The translations under genes were made by a program, and so were the position numbers. Positions 21,865 through 30,659 of a DNA stretch of 64,000 nt are shown piece after piece. Source of the stretch: an uncultured Gemmatimonadales bacterium (GTDB taxonomy: Bacteria > Gemmatimonadota > Gemmatimonadetes > Gemmatimonadales > GWC2-71-9); the NCBI GenBank assembly GCA_963695555.1, contig CAVOGR010000001.1, forward strand, positions 992,001 to 1,056,000, read 5' to 3'. Below the pieces are notes generated by a model that did not search any database, was not told where the DNA came from, and saw nothing but the letters and a program-made list of their open reading frames with translations. The stretch's first letter is position 1, and the number at the start of each line of letters is the position of its first letter.

Positions 21865-22527
21865 GTGGCAGCCGCCGTGGTCAAGATCAAGATCTGCTGC
21901 ATCACGAGTCAGGCCGAGGCGGACCTAGCCATACGCCATGGCGCGCATGCCCTGGGACTCGTCTCCGCCATGCCGAGTGGTCCCGGGGTCATTCCCGAAC
22001 CGCGAATCGCTGAGATCGTGGCGCAGGTGCCAACGTCGATCGACACGTTTCTGCTGACGTCGGCCGTCGATCTGGAAACGCTCGCGGCCCAACAGGCCCG
22101 GACCGGCGCAAACACGCTGCAGCTCTGCGACCGCGTGCCGTCTGAGACACTGGGCGTGCTTCGGCATCGGCTTCCTCGGCTGCGGCTGGTCCAGGTCATC
22201 CATGTCACCGGACCCGAGGCTGTGGAGCAAGCACTCGAGGTCGCCTCTCTGGTCGATGCCGTCCTGCTCGACTCCGGCCAACCGGATGCGCCGATCAAGG
22301 AGCTGGGTGGAACCGGTCGCATCCATGACTGGGCCCTGAGCAGGGAGGTCGTGTCCCGAGTTCCGGTGCCCGTCTACTTGGCCGGGGGGTTGAGCGCGGA
22401 GAACGTCGCTGATGCGATTCGGGCCGTGCAGCCCTTTGGGATCGACGTGTGCTCCGGCGTCCGGAGGGCCGGACGACTGGATGCGGGGAGACTCCAGGCG
22501 TTCTTCGACGCCGTCCTTTGCGCGTGA
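21865..22527 (+). CDS. trpF: Phosphoribosylanthranilate isomerase family protein
   Basis: KIKICCI, LLDS, GGTGRIHDW, LAGGL, GIDVCSGV; start may be 21865 or 21877. Confidence 0.8.
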   Translation: MAAAVVKIKICCITSQAEADLAIRHGAHALGLVSAMPSGPGVIPEPRIAEIVAQVPTSIDTFLLTSAVDLETLAAQQARTGANTLQLCDRVPSETLGVLRHRLPRLRLVQVIHVTGPEAVEQALEVASLVDAVLLDSGQPDAPIKELGGTGRIHDWALSREVVSRVPVPVYLAGGLSAENVADAIRAVQPFGIDVCSGVRRAGRLDAGRLQAFFDAVLCA

Positions 22528-22737
22528 CAATGATGAACCGGAGCCCTGCCGGCCATCGCGGTCCCTGTTGGCCGATCGGATGGGATTGTTATCTTCCTTC
22601 ACCCTTCGCCGTGGGCACCGTGCCGCCCGAGCTTCGGACGGCGATCGGGGCAAGGCCCGAAGGTGCATTAGCGGGCCTCATGCCCGGCGAGATTCGTCCC
22701 AACTGAAGATCCGTACCCTCATTCACGGAGTTGTGCC

Positions 22738-23214
22738 ATGCAGCTGTCGTCGCAAAAGACATTCCTAATCGGCGCGATTCTCGCGCTTGCCGTTGGCGTT
22801 AGCGCCGCGGTGGCGAGCGCAAACCTCCCGGTCTCGTCGGCCGGCTCCATGACGGTATACAAGACGGCGACCTGCGGTTGCTGCTCGAAATGGATCGACC
22901 ACCTCCGCGCAAACGGATTCACCGTCGACGCGAAGGATGTAACCGAAGCGGCCCTGGTCTCGATGAAGCGCGACGTTGGAGTTCCCTCCGCGCTCGAGTC
23001 CTGCCATACCGCCATCGTCGATGGATATGTGGTTGAGGGCCACGTGCCGGCCGATGTCATCCAAGAATTCCTGGACGAACACCCCAAGGCCGTCGGGCTG
23101 GCCGTCCCAGGGATGCCGTTGGGATCGCCCGGCATGGAAAGCGACGTCAAGCAGCCCTACAACGTGCTGGTGTTCGACGCGAGCGGCGCGAGCAAGGTCT
23201 ATCGAAGCCGCTGA
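22738..23214 (+). CDS. DUF411 periplasmic metal-binding protein
   Basis: Signal peptide, CGCC, SCHT, EGHVP, PGMPLGSPGM. Confidence 0.9.
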   Translation: MQLSSQKTFLIGAILALAVGVSAAVASANLPVSSAGSMTVYKTATCGCCSKWIDHLRANGFTVDAKDVTEAALVSMKRDVGVPSALESCHTAIVDGYVVEGHVPADVIQEFLDEHPKAVGLAVPGMPLGSPGMESDVKQPYNVLVFDASGASKVYRSR

Positions 23215-23244
23215 GCCACGGGAGCCGTTCTGGCAGGAGTAGCG

Positions 23245-24867
23245 ATGCTCACTCGCCGGGTGTTCGTTGGTCGAACCGCCGCAGCGGCCGCGGCATTGGC
23301 GTGGCGCATGCCGGCTCCCACCGCGTCGGTTGTCATACGCGGCGGGACCGTGTACGACGGAACCGGCGCTCCGCCCATCCGCGCCGACGTCGCGATCGAC
23401 GGCGACCGGATTCGCGCTGTCGGGACCAACCTTCAGACAACAGGCAGCACAATCATCGACGCGCGCGGCCTCGCCGTCGCCCCCGGTTTCATCGACATCC
23501 ACTCGCACTCCGATCTCGAACTCCTGGTCGAGCCCCGGGCCCACAGCAAGATTCGCCAAGGGGTCACGACGGAGATCATCGGGCAGGACGGGGGGTCACT
23601 CGGGCCGTGGCGCAACGGCCCGCCGCGTGAAGACGATCGCCCCCCTGACGTGACCGAGTTCTTCCAGCGTTTGTCTCGCTCCGGCTCCGCGGTCAACGTA
23701 GCGAGCATGATCGGCGCGGGAACGGTGCGGCATGTGGTCATCGGCGACGTGGACCGGCCGTCAACCGCTGACGAGCTCGATCGAATGGTGGTGCTCGTCA
23801 GGGACGCGGTGGCCAACGGCGCCTGCGGACTCTCGAGCGGCCTCGAGTATGTGCCCGGTGGCTTTGCCGATCTGGCCGAACTCGTGGCCCTCGCCCAACC
23901 CCTCGCGAAGTCCGGGCTCCCATACGCCAGCCACATCAGAAACGAGGACGATCGGCTCCTGGCCGCCGTTGAGGAAGCCCTGGCCGTGGGCCAGGGGGCC
24001 GGGGTGCCGGTACAGATCTCCCATCTCAAGGCCCAGGGGCAGCCGAATTGGTGGAAGGCCGAGCCGGCGCTTCGGGCCATCGAGGCGGCCCGGGCTGCCG
24101 GAGTGGACGCGACCTTCGATCGTTATCCCTACGTGGCGTACAGCACCGGCCTCGGTTCGCTGTTTCCGCTGTGGTCCCGCGATGGTGGAACGGAAGCATT
24201 CCTTGCCAGGCTCGCCGACCCGGCCCTGCGGCCGCAAATCGAGGAAGCCGTCCGAAACAAAGTCGCTCGGCTCGGGTCGTGGGACGCCGTTCAGATCACC
24301 TCGACCCGATCGGACACCTTGGCGTGGACCAGGGGCAGGCGGCTCGGAGCGCTGGCCGCTGAGCGCGGGGTCGATCCGTACCAATTGCTGCTCGAGATTT
24401 CGCGATTGGACCGGAACGGTTCCGGAATGGTGGGATTCGGGATGAGCGAAGAGAACACGGCGCGGATCCTCGCCCACCCGCTGTGTATGATCTGTTCCGA
24501 CGGCTCGGCGCTGGCGGTGGACGGGCCGCTCGCCGAAGGATCACCTCATCCCCGGTCGTTCGGCACGTTCCCGCGGGTGTTGGGATGGTACACGCGGGAT
24601 CAAAGCGTGATGCCGCTCGAGACCGCGGTGCACAAGATGACCGGCTTGCCGGCGGCCAGAGTGCGGCTCCAAGATCGGGGGGGCATCCGAGCCGGTGCCT
24701 ATGCGGACATCGTCGTGTTCGATCCGGTAACCGTGGCCGACCGCGCAACATTCGAGAATCCCTTCCAATACCCGGTCGGCATCCGCCATGTGATGGTGAA
24801 TGGGATGCTGGTGATCCGTGACGAGGAGCACACCGGCGCCCTGCCTGGAAGACCGCTCAGACCCTAA
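23245..24867 (+). CDS. N-acyl-D-amino-acid deacylase, Tat-exported
   Basis: TRRVF twin-arginine signal, PGFIDIHSH, HPRSFGTFPR, ADIVVFDP. Confidence 0.9.
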   Translation: MLTRRVFVGRTAAAAAALAWRMPAPTASVVIRGGTVYDGTGAPPIRADVAIDGDRIRAVGTNLQTTGSTIIDARGLAVAPGFIDIHSHSDLELLVEPRAHSKIRQGVTTEIIGQDGGSLGPWRNGPPREDDRPPDVTEFFQRLSRSGSAVNVASMIGAGTVRHVVIGDVDRPSTADELDRMVVLVRDAVANGACGLSSGLEYVPGGFADLAELVALAQPLAKSGLPYASHIRNEDDRLLAAVEEALAVGQGAGVPVQISHLKAQGQPNWWKAEPALRAIEAARAAGVDATFDRYPYVAYSTGLGSLFPLWSRDGGTEAFLARLADPALRPQIEEAVRNKVARLGSWDAVQITSTRSDTLAWTRGRRLGALAAERGVDPYQLLLEISRLDRNGSGMVGFGMSEENTARILAHPLCMICSDGSALAVDGPLAEGSPHPRSFGTFPRVLGWYTRDQSVMPLETAVHKMTGLPAARVRLQDRGGIRAGAYADIVVFDPVTVADRATFENPFQYPVGIRHVMVNGMLVIRDEEHTGALPGRPLRP

Positions 24868-24910
24868 CGGCCATGACGGCCCCCACATCACGATCAGCGG
24901 CACAACTCCG

Positions 24911-25903
24911 TCAAGGAACCACGGCGCGGCCAATCGTGTTGGCATCGGTACCAAACCAAATGGTGCGTGTTGGCTGGTGAAACACCATGTGGCGCACCGA
25001 GCCGCCGCCGCTGGGGATGGCCGTCACGCTAAAGAATTGCTCCGTCTTCGGATCGAATCCAACCAGGCGGTTGGGCCGGGGGCCGGTTTCGACGAACCAC
25101 AGCCTGTCGAGATGGTCCACGGCCATGGCATACGGCAGCGAGGCGGCGCCACCCGGCGAGGCCCACTCCCGGACGGCTCCCGAGGCGGGATCCAACTGGC
25201 CAAGAAACCCGCGCGAATAATCCACATACCACACCATACCGTCGGAGGTCACGGCGATGCGACGCGGCCGGGCCCGTTCGTTCGGGAGCGGGAAGAGACG
25301 GAGCTTCATCGTCTCCGGGTCGATGGTGGCAATGGCGTTGGTACCGAAGGTAGCGATCCACGGCCGGTTCCTCCTGTCGACCACGATGCCGTACGGGCGG
25401 GCGCTCGGTACCGGGACCGGCACGATGGTGACATCGTTGGTCTTCGGATCGAATCGGGCGATGACGTTGCCCTGCTGGGCGGTGAACCAGCCGATGCCCA
25501 TGCCGTCGAAGATGAGGGTGTGCGGATCGCGGGGCTCGCCGTCGGGCATGGGAACGGTGGTGACCGTTCCGGTAGCAGGGTCGAGCCTGCCCAGATTGGC
25601 CTGGCGGTTTCCGGTGTACCACATGGCGCCATCCGGCCCCTGCACCACGTTGTGCGGTCCCGCTCCGTCCGGAAGCGGGAAGCGCCGGAACTGGCCGGTG
25701 GCCTCGTTCAAGAGGCCCACGTAATCTCCCTGTTGCCCGACGAACCAGATCCGGCCGTCCCGATCGACGAAGGGATCGCGCGGCCGGGTCCCGGGCCACG
25801 GAACGAGCCATTCCTGGATCGTGACGGTGTCCGGCGCTGCCGGCTCAGGTGACTGAACGGGCGCGAACGGGAGCGTGCAGAAAGGCAGGAGGGCGGCGAG
25901 CAT
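24911..25903 (-). CDS. Vgb (virginiamycin B lyase)-like beta-propeller, exported
   Basis: Repeated P-x-x-(I/V)-x-x-x-x-DG-x-x-W(F/Y) blades; GAGG RBS on the minus strand. Confidence 0.85.
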   Translation of the reverse strand: MLAALLPFCTLPFAPVQSPEPAAPDTVTIQEWLVPWPGTRPRDPFVDRDGRIWFVGQQGDYVGLLNEATGQFRRFPLPDGAGPHNVVQGPDGAMWYTGNRQANLGRLDPATGTVTTVPMPDGEPRDPHTLIFDGMGIGWFTAQQGNVIARFDPKTNDVTIVPVPVPSARPYGIVVDRRNRPWIATFGTNAIATIDPETMKLRLFPLPNERARPRRIAVTSDGMVWYVDYSRGFLGQLDPASGAVREWASPGGAASLPYAMAVDHLDRLWFVETGPRPNRLVGFDPKTEQFFSVTAIPSGGGSVRHMVFHQPTRTIWFGTDANTIGRAVVP

Positions 25904-26032
25904 GTGTGTTTCACCTCAGGGATAGATCGGCTAATGTTAGGGAGTCCGTTGCGCAACCTGCAAGGTGGTTCGCCAATCTTCCAGCGGCGGGCTGAACCCA
26001 TTCCGGGCACGCGACCACCACGCGAGGATGAC

Positions 26033-26689
26033 ATGAAGTCACCAGTTCCAATGCACCTGGCCCTCATATCGCTCATCTCGCTGGCCGGCTGTGCGGCCCG
26101 CCAGTCGGGCCAGGGCCGGGAGTGCGCCAAGGTGGCAAGCGGCACCGAGCTGCCCTCGAGTGTTCACGCCCGGGATTTGGCCGGGTCGTTTCGGATCGCC
26201 ATGGTTGGAGAGTCGGCGGACTTCGATGGCAGGCGCATCGAAGGCACGCTCGATCTCCTGCCGCAGGATAGCGCTCTCCAGTCGCTCGAGCTGTTTGCCG
26301 GAAGTCCGGTGAGCGGGGCCACGATGCCGCTCCATGGGGCTCTGGACGCCGCAATCGAACAGGTCGGTGGGGTGCGCGTCGGCGACGCGACGAGGCGGGA
26401 CCCGATGCAGCCCGGCGTGGCGGTGCTCGAGCAGACCATGGCCGGCGCAAACAAATCGGCCCCCAGCATCACGCTACGGGTTGGCGCCGACGCCAATCGG
26501 CGGGACATGGTCCGGTTCGACGGCGGTTTCATGGCGCTGTACGTCAAGGAGATCACCGCGGACGGATTCCGCGGGGACTGGTCGAGCGGCAGTCGGGGCC
26601 CCACACATGTCGGGCACTTCTGTGCCAATCGCGTGCGGCACGACGGCACTTCCGGTGAGGGTCTCGACACGCCCCCATCTGACCCGTAA
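26033..26689 (+). CDS. Hypothetical lipoprotein
   Basis: Lipobox LAGC at residue 20; GAGG RBS. Confidence 0.7.
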   Translation: MKSPVPMHLALISLISLAGCAARQSGQGRECAKVASGTELPSSVHARDLAGSFRIAMVGESADFDGRRIEGTLDLLPQDSALQSLELFAGSPVSGATMPLHGALDAAIEQVGGVRVGDATRRDPMQPGVAVLEQTMAGANKSAPSITLRVGADANRRDMVRFDGGFMALYVKEITADGFRGDWSSGSRGPTHVGHFCANRVRHDGTSGEGLDTPPSDP

Positions 26690-26701
26690 CTAGGAGACAC
26701 A

Positions 26702-27001
26702 ATGGCACGGCAACGGTTGTCGGATGCTGACGTTCAGGCGCAACTCAACGAGGTGGCGCGGTGGGAGGTTGTCGAGGGGAAGCTGCACCGCGAATTCCGG
26801 TTCACGAATTTCGTCGAGGCCTTCGGGTTCATGGCGCAGGTGGCGTTGCTCGCGGAACGGCGGGACCATCACCCGGAATGGTCGAATGTGTACAATCGGG
26901 TGACCATCGATCTCACGACTCACGACGCGGGCGGCCTCACGGCGCTCGACTTCGACTTGGCTCGGTCGGTTGACCAGGCCTTCGAAACCCGGCACGGCTA
27001 G
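26702..27001 (+). CDS. Pterin-4-alpha-carbinolamine dehydratase
   Basis: [22 protein letters not shown]. Confidence 0.93.
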   Translation: MARQRLSDADVQAQLNEVARWEVVEGKLHREFRFTNFVEAFGFMAQVALLAERRDHHPEWSNVYNRVTIDLTTHDAGGLTALDFDLARSVDQAFETRHG

Positions 27002-27053
27002 TCCGGGTGTTGCCGGATGTCTGATTGGCTCCTTCACTCGGGGGAAGAGACCC

Positions 27054-27563
27054 ATGGCGCAGATCATCGATCGCATGATGGGCGCAGCGTTTTTGAACGT
27101 TGCCACGTATGAGGAGGTCGAAGCCGATACCACCGCGACAAGCCAGGCGGCCATAGTCGTCCTGCTGGGCGCCATCGCGCAAGCCATCGGCGGCATCGGG
27201 CACGGCGGCACCGGCATCATCGTGGGCGCGATAGCAGCATTGCTGGGATGGCTCGTGTGGTCCGGCATTACCTACCTCATTGGTGACAAACTCCTCGGCG
27301 GCACCGCCACGTGGGGAGAGCTGTTGCGGACGCTCGGGTTCGCCCAGGCCCCCCAGGTGCTGGTCGTGCTCGCGGTCATTCCACTGGTTGGCGGTCTCGT
27401 CCGGGCGGCCGTGGTTATTTGGGTGTTGGTCGCGGGCGTCATCGCCATTCGGCAGGCGTTGGATTTCAGTACCGGCAAGGCACTCGCCACGGCACTCTTG
27501 GGCTGGCTGGCAATCGCAATTCCCGCAGCCATCCTCGGCGGCGCGATGGGCTGGGGCCGCTGA
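27054..27563 (+). CDS. YIP1-family membrane protein
   Basis: YEEVEAD, RTLGFAQAP, AIRQALD; about five TM helices. Confidence 0.75.
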   Translation: MAQIIDRMMGAAFLNVATYEEVEADTTATSQAAIVVLLGAIAQAIGGIGHGGTGIIVGAIAALLGWLVWSGITYLIGDKLLGGTATWGELLRTLGFAQAPQVLVVLAVIPLVGGLVRAAVVIWVLVAGVIAIRQALDFSTGKALATALLGWLAIAIPAAILGGAMGWGR

Positions 27564-27779
27564 CACATCGCTGAGGGCTCGGATCCGCGGCGCCGGGCCC
27601 GCCGCCGGTGGTCTCCAGCCGCGGCCTCTGCCGCTGGGCCGATTGCCCTGGTCCAGGATTCGGATTCCCGCGTCTCCAATCAGGATTGCGGGAGCGCCCT
27701 TCATCCAGGCCTAGACGTCAGAGGCCACCTCCTGGTCGGAGCGGGCAGCCTGGCCGCTCAACAGGAAGCGGCCGGGAAA

Positions 27780-27932
27780 TTGTTGCCGCCCAATGACCCC
27801 GGGAGCGTGGATGGCGTGATTGGGACCGGCACGATGCGCGCGGTGACTGCCTACCAGCGTGCCAAGGGCCTGCCCGTCGATCCCTATCTCAATGTGGCCA
27901 CGGTGAAGTCGCTTGGAATCGCGCTTCGCTAG
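27780..27932 (+). pseudogene. Remnant of a peptidoglycan-binding (PG_binding_1-like) domain
   Basis: Own translation DPGSVDGVIGTGTMRAVTAYQRAKGLPVDPYLNVATVKSLG; no convincing start, RBS or signal peptide; absent from ORF track. Confidence 0.65.
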
Positions 27933-27957
27933 GAGCCGGAGTAGTCGTACTAGTGCC

Positions 27958-27995
27958 AACCAGGGGCACAGTGCTCACGCGCTGTGTCCCTGGTT
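27958..27995 (+). terminator. Stem-loop after the PG-binding remnant
   Basis: AACCAGGGGCACAG / CTGTGTCCCTGGTT inverted repeat followed by AGCTTT. Confidence 0.55.
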
Positions 27996-28129
27996 AGCTT
28001 TGGGGCTGAGACGTGGGGTGCTACTGGCGCCCGCGTCGGTTGCCCTTAGCTTTGTCGAAGCCCCCTGGAGCGGCGGTCAGTCTCGAGGGGATCATGGTGC
28101 CTGATCGGATCCTGCGAGGCATTGAAACA

Positions 28130-28543
28130 ATGAAGAACGACGTTGTAGCACATTTCCTCGACGGTCGACTGGTGAAGGGCACGAGTTTGGACGTCGCGCC
28201 GAACCGGCCAAAGTGCCATGTCAAAACGAATGAATCGATGGTCGAGGTCGAGCTGGCGAAGCTCAAGGCGCTGTTCTTCGTGCGCGATATCGACGGAGAC
28301 CGCGAATACTCGGAATCATTGACTGTGGATCCCGCAGACATGCGGCTTCGTGGTGCCAAGGGAATCGAAGTCACCTTCCACGATGGCGAGCGCTTCGTGG
28401 GGCTCACCAACCGCTTCCCACCGAATCGGCCGTTTTTTTTCGTCCTGCCGATCGATGCCAAGAGCAACAACATCCGCGTGCTGGTGAATCGGTTTGCGGT
28501 CGAGACCATCAAGGAGCATGTGCCGGCGGGTTTGGAAGGCTGA
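28130..28543 (+). CDS. Hypothetical protein with internal duplication (DUF6982-like)
   Basis: Two similar halves: VAHFLDGRLVKG...PNRP and EVTFHDGERFVG...PNRP. Confidence 0.7.
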   Translation: MKNDVVAHFLDGRLVKGTSLDVAPNRPKCHVKTNESMVEVELAKLKALFFVRDIDGDREYSESLTVDPADMRLRGAKGIEVTFHDGERFVGLTNRFPPNRPFFFVLPIDAKSNNIRVLVNRFAVETIKEHVPAGLEG

Positions 28544-28614
28544 ACATGAGAGGGCGGGTTTAGCCAGGGCGCGCCTGACATCCACTGTCGGGAGCAACCG
28601 GGGAGCAGACGGGA

Positions 28615-28989
28615 ATGGTTGAACTCTCGTTCGGACCTGGAGTGCTGATCCTCGATGTCCAAGGCTGGAGTAAGCTTTGGTCCCTCAAGAGTCGCCTCGA
28701 AATCCCCTTCGAGAACATCCGAGGTGCCCGAGCCGACCCGAGCGTCGCCGGTGGGTGGTGGAAGGGCATCCGCGCCCCCGGCACCCACATTCCGGGCGTG
28801 GTCGTCGCGGGAACCTTCTATCAGGACGGCAAACGCATCTTCTGGGACGTCCGTGATGCCGAGCGGACTATCGTCATCGATTTGGTAGATGACCGCTACG
28901 ATCAGCTGATTGTCGAAGTGGCAAATCCCGCAGCAGCGATTGCCAAGATCGAGTCGGTCGTGCCGACGGGAGGCGACGCGCGCTCCTGA
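28615..28989 (+). CDS. Conserved hypothetical protein (possibly PH-like)
   Basis: GIRAPGTHIPG-x-x-x-AGTF, FWDV, YDQLIVEV-x-NP. Confidence 0.7.
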   Translation: MVELSFGPGVLILDVQGWSKLWSLKSRLEIPFENIRGARADPSVAGGWWKGIRAPGTHIPGVVVAGTFYQDGKRIFWDVRDAERTIVIDLVDDRYDQLIVEVANPAAAIAKIESVVPTGGDARS

Positions 28990-29030
28990 CGCGCGGCATT
29001 CGCTCCACACCTGACCTCTGAGGACCTCCA

Positions 29031-30011
29031 GTGTATCACGATATCATGGTGCCGCTCGACGGGTCGACGTTCGCGGAACAGGCATTGCCGCATGCGCTGT
29101 TCTTTGCGCGGGCGGCCAAGGCGCGGCTCCACCTGGTGTTGGTACACGAGCCCATGCCGTCGTGGGTGCCCAGCTCCGCGGGCGGCGGCCCTGCGACGAG
29201 CGAGGCCAGGCCGGTCGAGCAGGCCTACCTCGACGGCATGGCGGAGAAGGTAGGGCGGCAGCTGCCGCAGGGCGTGGAATCGGCCCTCTTGGAGGCGCCG
29301 ACCGCCGGTGCGCTGGCGGAATATGCGGTCCGGCAAGGATTCTCTGCGGAGATCTTGGACCGACCCGTCGCGGTCGCGTTGGCTACCTTCGCCGCCAAGC
29401 AGTCCATCGATCTGATCGTGCTCGCGACCCATGGGCGAGGGCCACTCACCCGGAGCTGGTTCGGCGGGGTGGCCGACCAGCTGGTGCGTCAGGTACACAT
29501 GCCGGTGCTCTTCATCCGCCCGGAAGAGCAGGCAGCGCCACGCGACCCATCCTATCGGCACATCCTGATTCCGCTTGATGCGTCACCCTTTTCCGAGGCG
29601 GTCCTGGAGCACGCTCGCAACCTTGGCCGGCTCACCGACGCGCGCTTCACGCTGCTGCATGTGGTGGAGGACACCCTCCCGGCACCGGCGCTGACCGAAT
29701 TCATGCCTGCGGAGGAGTTCGCCGGCGTGGCGCGCGCCCCTTGGCGGGAGCAGGCCGAGGGCTACTTGCAACAGTGCGCCACCCGGTTTCAGGCAGAAGG
29801 CGTTCAGGTGGAAACGGCAACGGTCTACGGCGTGAGCCCCGCGGCGTTCATCATCGACGAAGCACGTCGCCGCGAGGCCGACCTCATCGCCCTGACGACC
29901 CACGGGGCGCGAGGGTTGCGCCGCATGCTCCTGGGAAGCGTCACCGATCGCGTGATTCGCGGGTCGGACATGCCAGTTCTGGTCTTCCGCCCACCGGCTG
30001 CAGCCACGTAA
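29031..30011 (+). CDS. Tandem-domain universal stress protein
   Basis: Two USP domains: VPLDGS...THGRG...GGVAD and IPLDAS...THGARG...GSVTD. Confidence 0.92.
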   Translation: MYHDIMVPLDGSTFAEQALPHALFFARAAKARLHLVLVHEPMPSWVPSSAGGGPATSEARPVEQAYLDGMAEKVGRQLPQGVESALLEAPTAGALAEYAVRQGFSAEILDRPVAVALATFAAKQSIDLIVLATHGRGPLTRSWFGGVADQLVRQVHMPVLFIRPEEQAAPRDPSYRHILIPLDASPFSEAVLEHARNLGRLTDARFTLLHVVEDTLPAPALTEFMPAEEFAGVARAPWREQAEGYLQQCATRFQAEGVQVETATVYGVSPAAFIIDEARRREADLIALTTHGARGLRRMLLGSVTDRVIRGSDMPVLVFRPPAAAT

Positions 30012-30043
30012 CTCAGCGCCCGACCCGTCAGCAAAGAAAGCGC

Positions 30044-30072
30044 GGAACCGGATAGGGTCTCCACCGGTTTCC
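30044..30072 (+). terminator. Stem-loop after the USP gene
   Basis: GGAACCGG...CCGGTTTCC inverted repeat. Confidence 0.4.
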
Positions 30073-30189
30073 TCTAACGATCCGGACCCTGGCCCTGCTG
30101 CCACCTGAGCGCTACGATGGGCGAGTGGGGCACCACGCCCAGACATGTGAACCATGTTGCCAACCCATCCGAGCAACTGGGGGGAATCC

Positions 30190-30606
30190 ATGCCGGTGAC
30201 TCAGATCAATATGTTCGCCGTGATAGTGGCTGGAATCAGCGCCTTCGTACTCGGGGCGCTCTGGTATTCTCCGGTTGCCTTTGGCAAGGCCTGGGCGGCG
30301 GCGCACGGGTACTCCAAAGAGAAACTGGTGGAGCTGCAGCAGACCGCCGGCCGCGCCTATGCGGTGTCCTTCCTCACCTACCTGTTTATGGCATTGGTCA
30401 TCGCGATCCTCGTCGCCCTCACCGGCATCGCGACCTTCATTCAAGGCATGTGGTTGGGGACGCTGCTCTGGGCCGGATTCGCCTTCACCATCGGGCTGAC
30501 CGGCAACATGTTCTCCGAGAAACCGCTCGCAACATTCCTCATTGATGCCGGGTACCAATTGGTATACCTCAACATCATGGGTGGCATCCTCGCCGCGTGG
30601 CGCTGA
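30190..30606 (+). CDS. DUF1761 membrane protein
   Basis: GALWYSP-x-x-FGKAW, IDAGY; four TM helices. Confidence 0.85.
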   Translation: MPVTQINMFAVIVAGISAFVLGALWYSPVAFGKAWAAAHGYSKEKLVELQQTAGRAYAVSFLTYLFMALVIAILVALTGIATFIQGMWLGTLLWAGFAFTIGLTGNMFSEKPLATFLIDAGYQLVYLNIMGGILAAWR

Positions 30607-30659
30607 TTCCCGCGCGCGAGGGACAGTCCCCCATCGCCCAGAGCTACAGGAGCCGATAG

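Noticed and set aside
24911..25903. Streptogramin B resistance gene
   Set aside because: Vgb-like propellers are widespread, this one appears exported, and catalytic residues could not be verified by eye
27054..27563. Functional link between the YIP1-family gene and the Rab-like GTPase
   Set aside because: Eukaryotic Yip1 binds Rabs, but this gene is 9 kb away in another unit and bacterial YIP1 proteins are common without such GTPases
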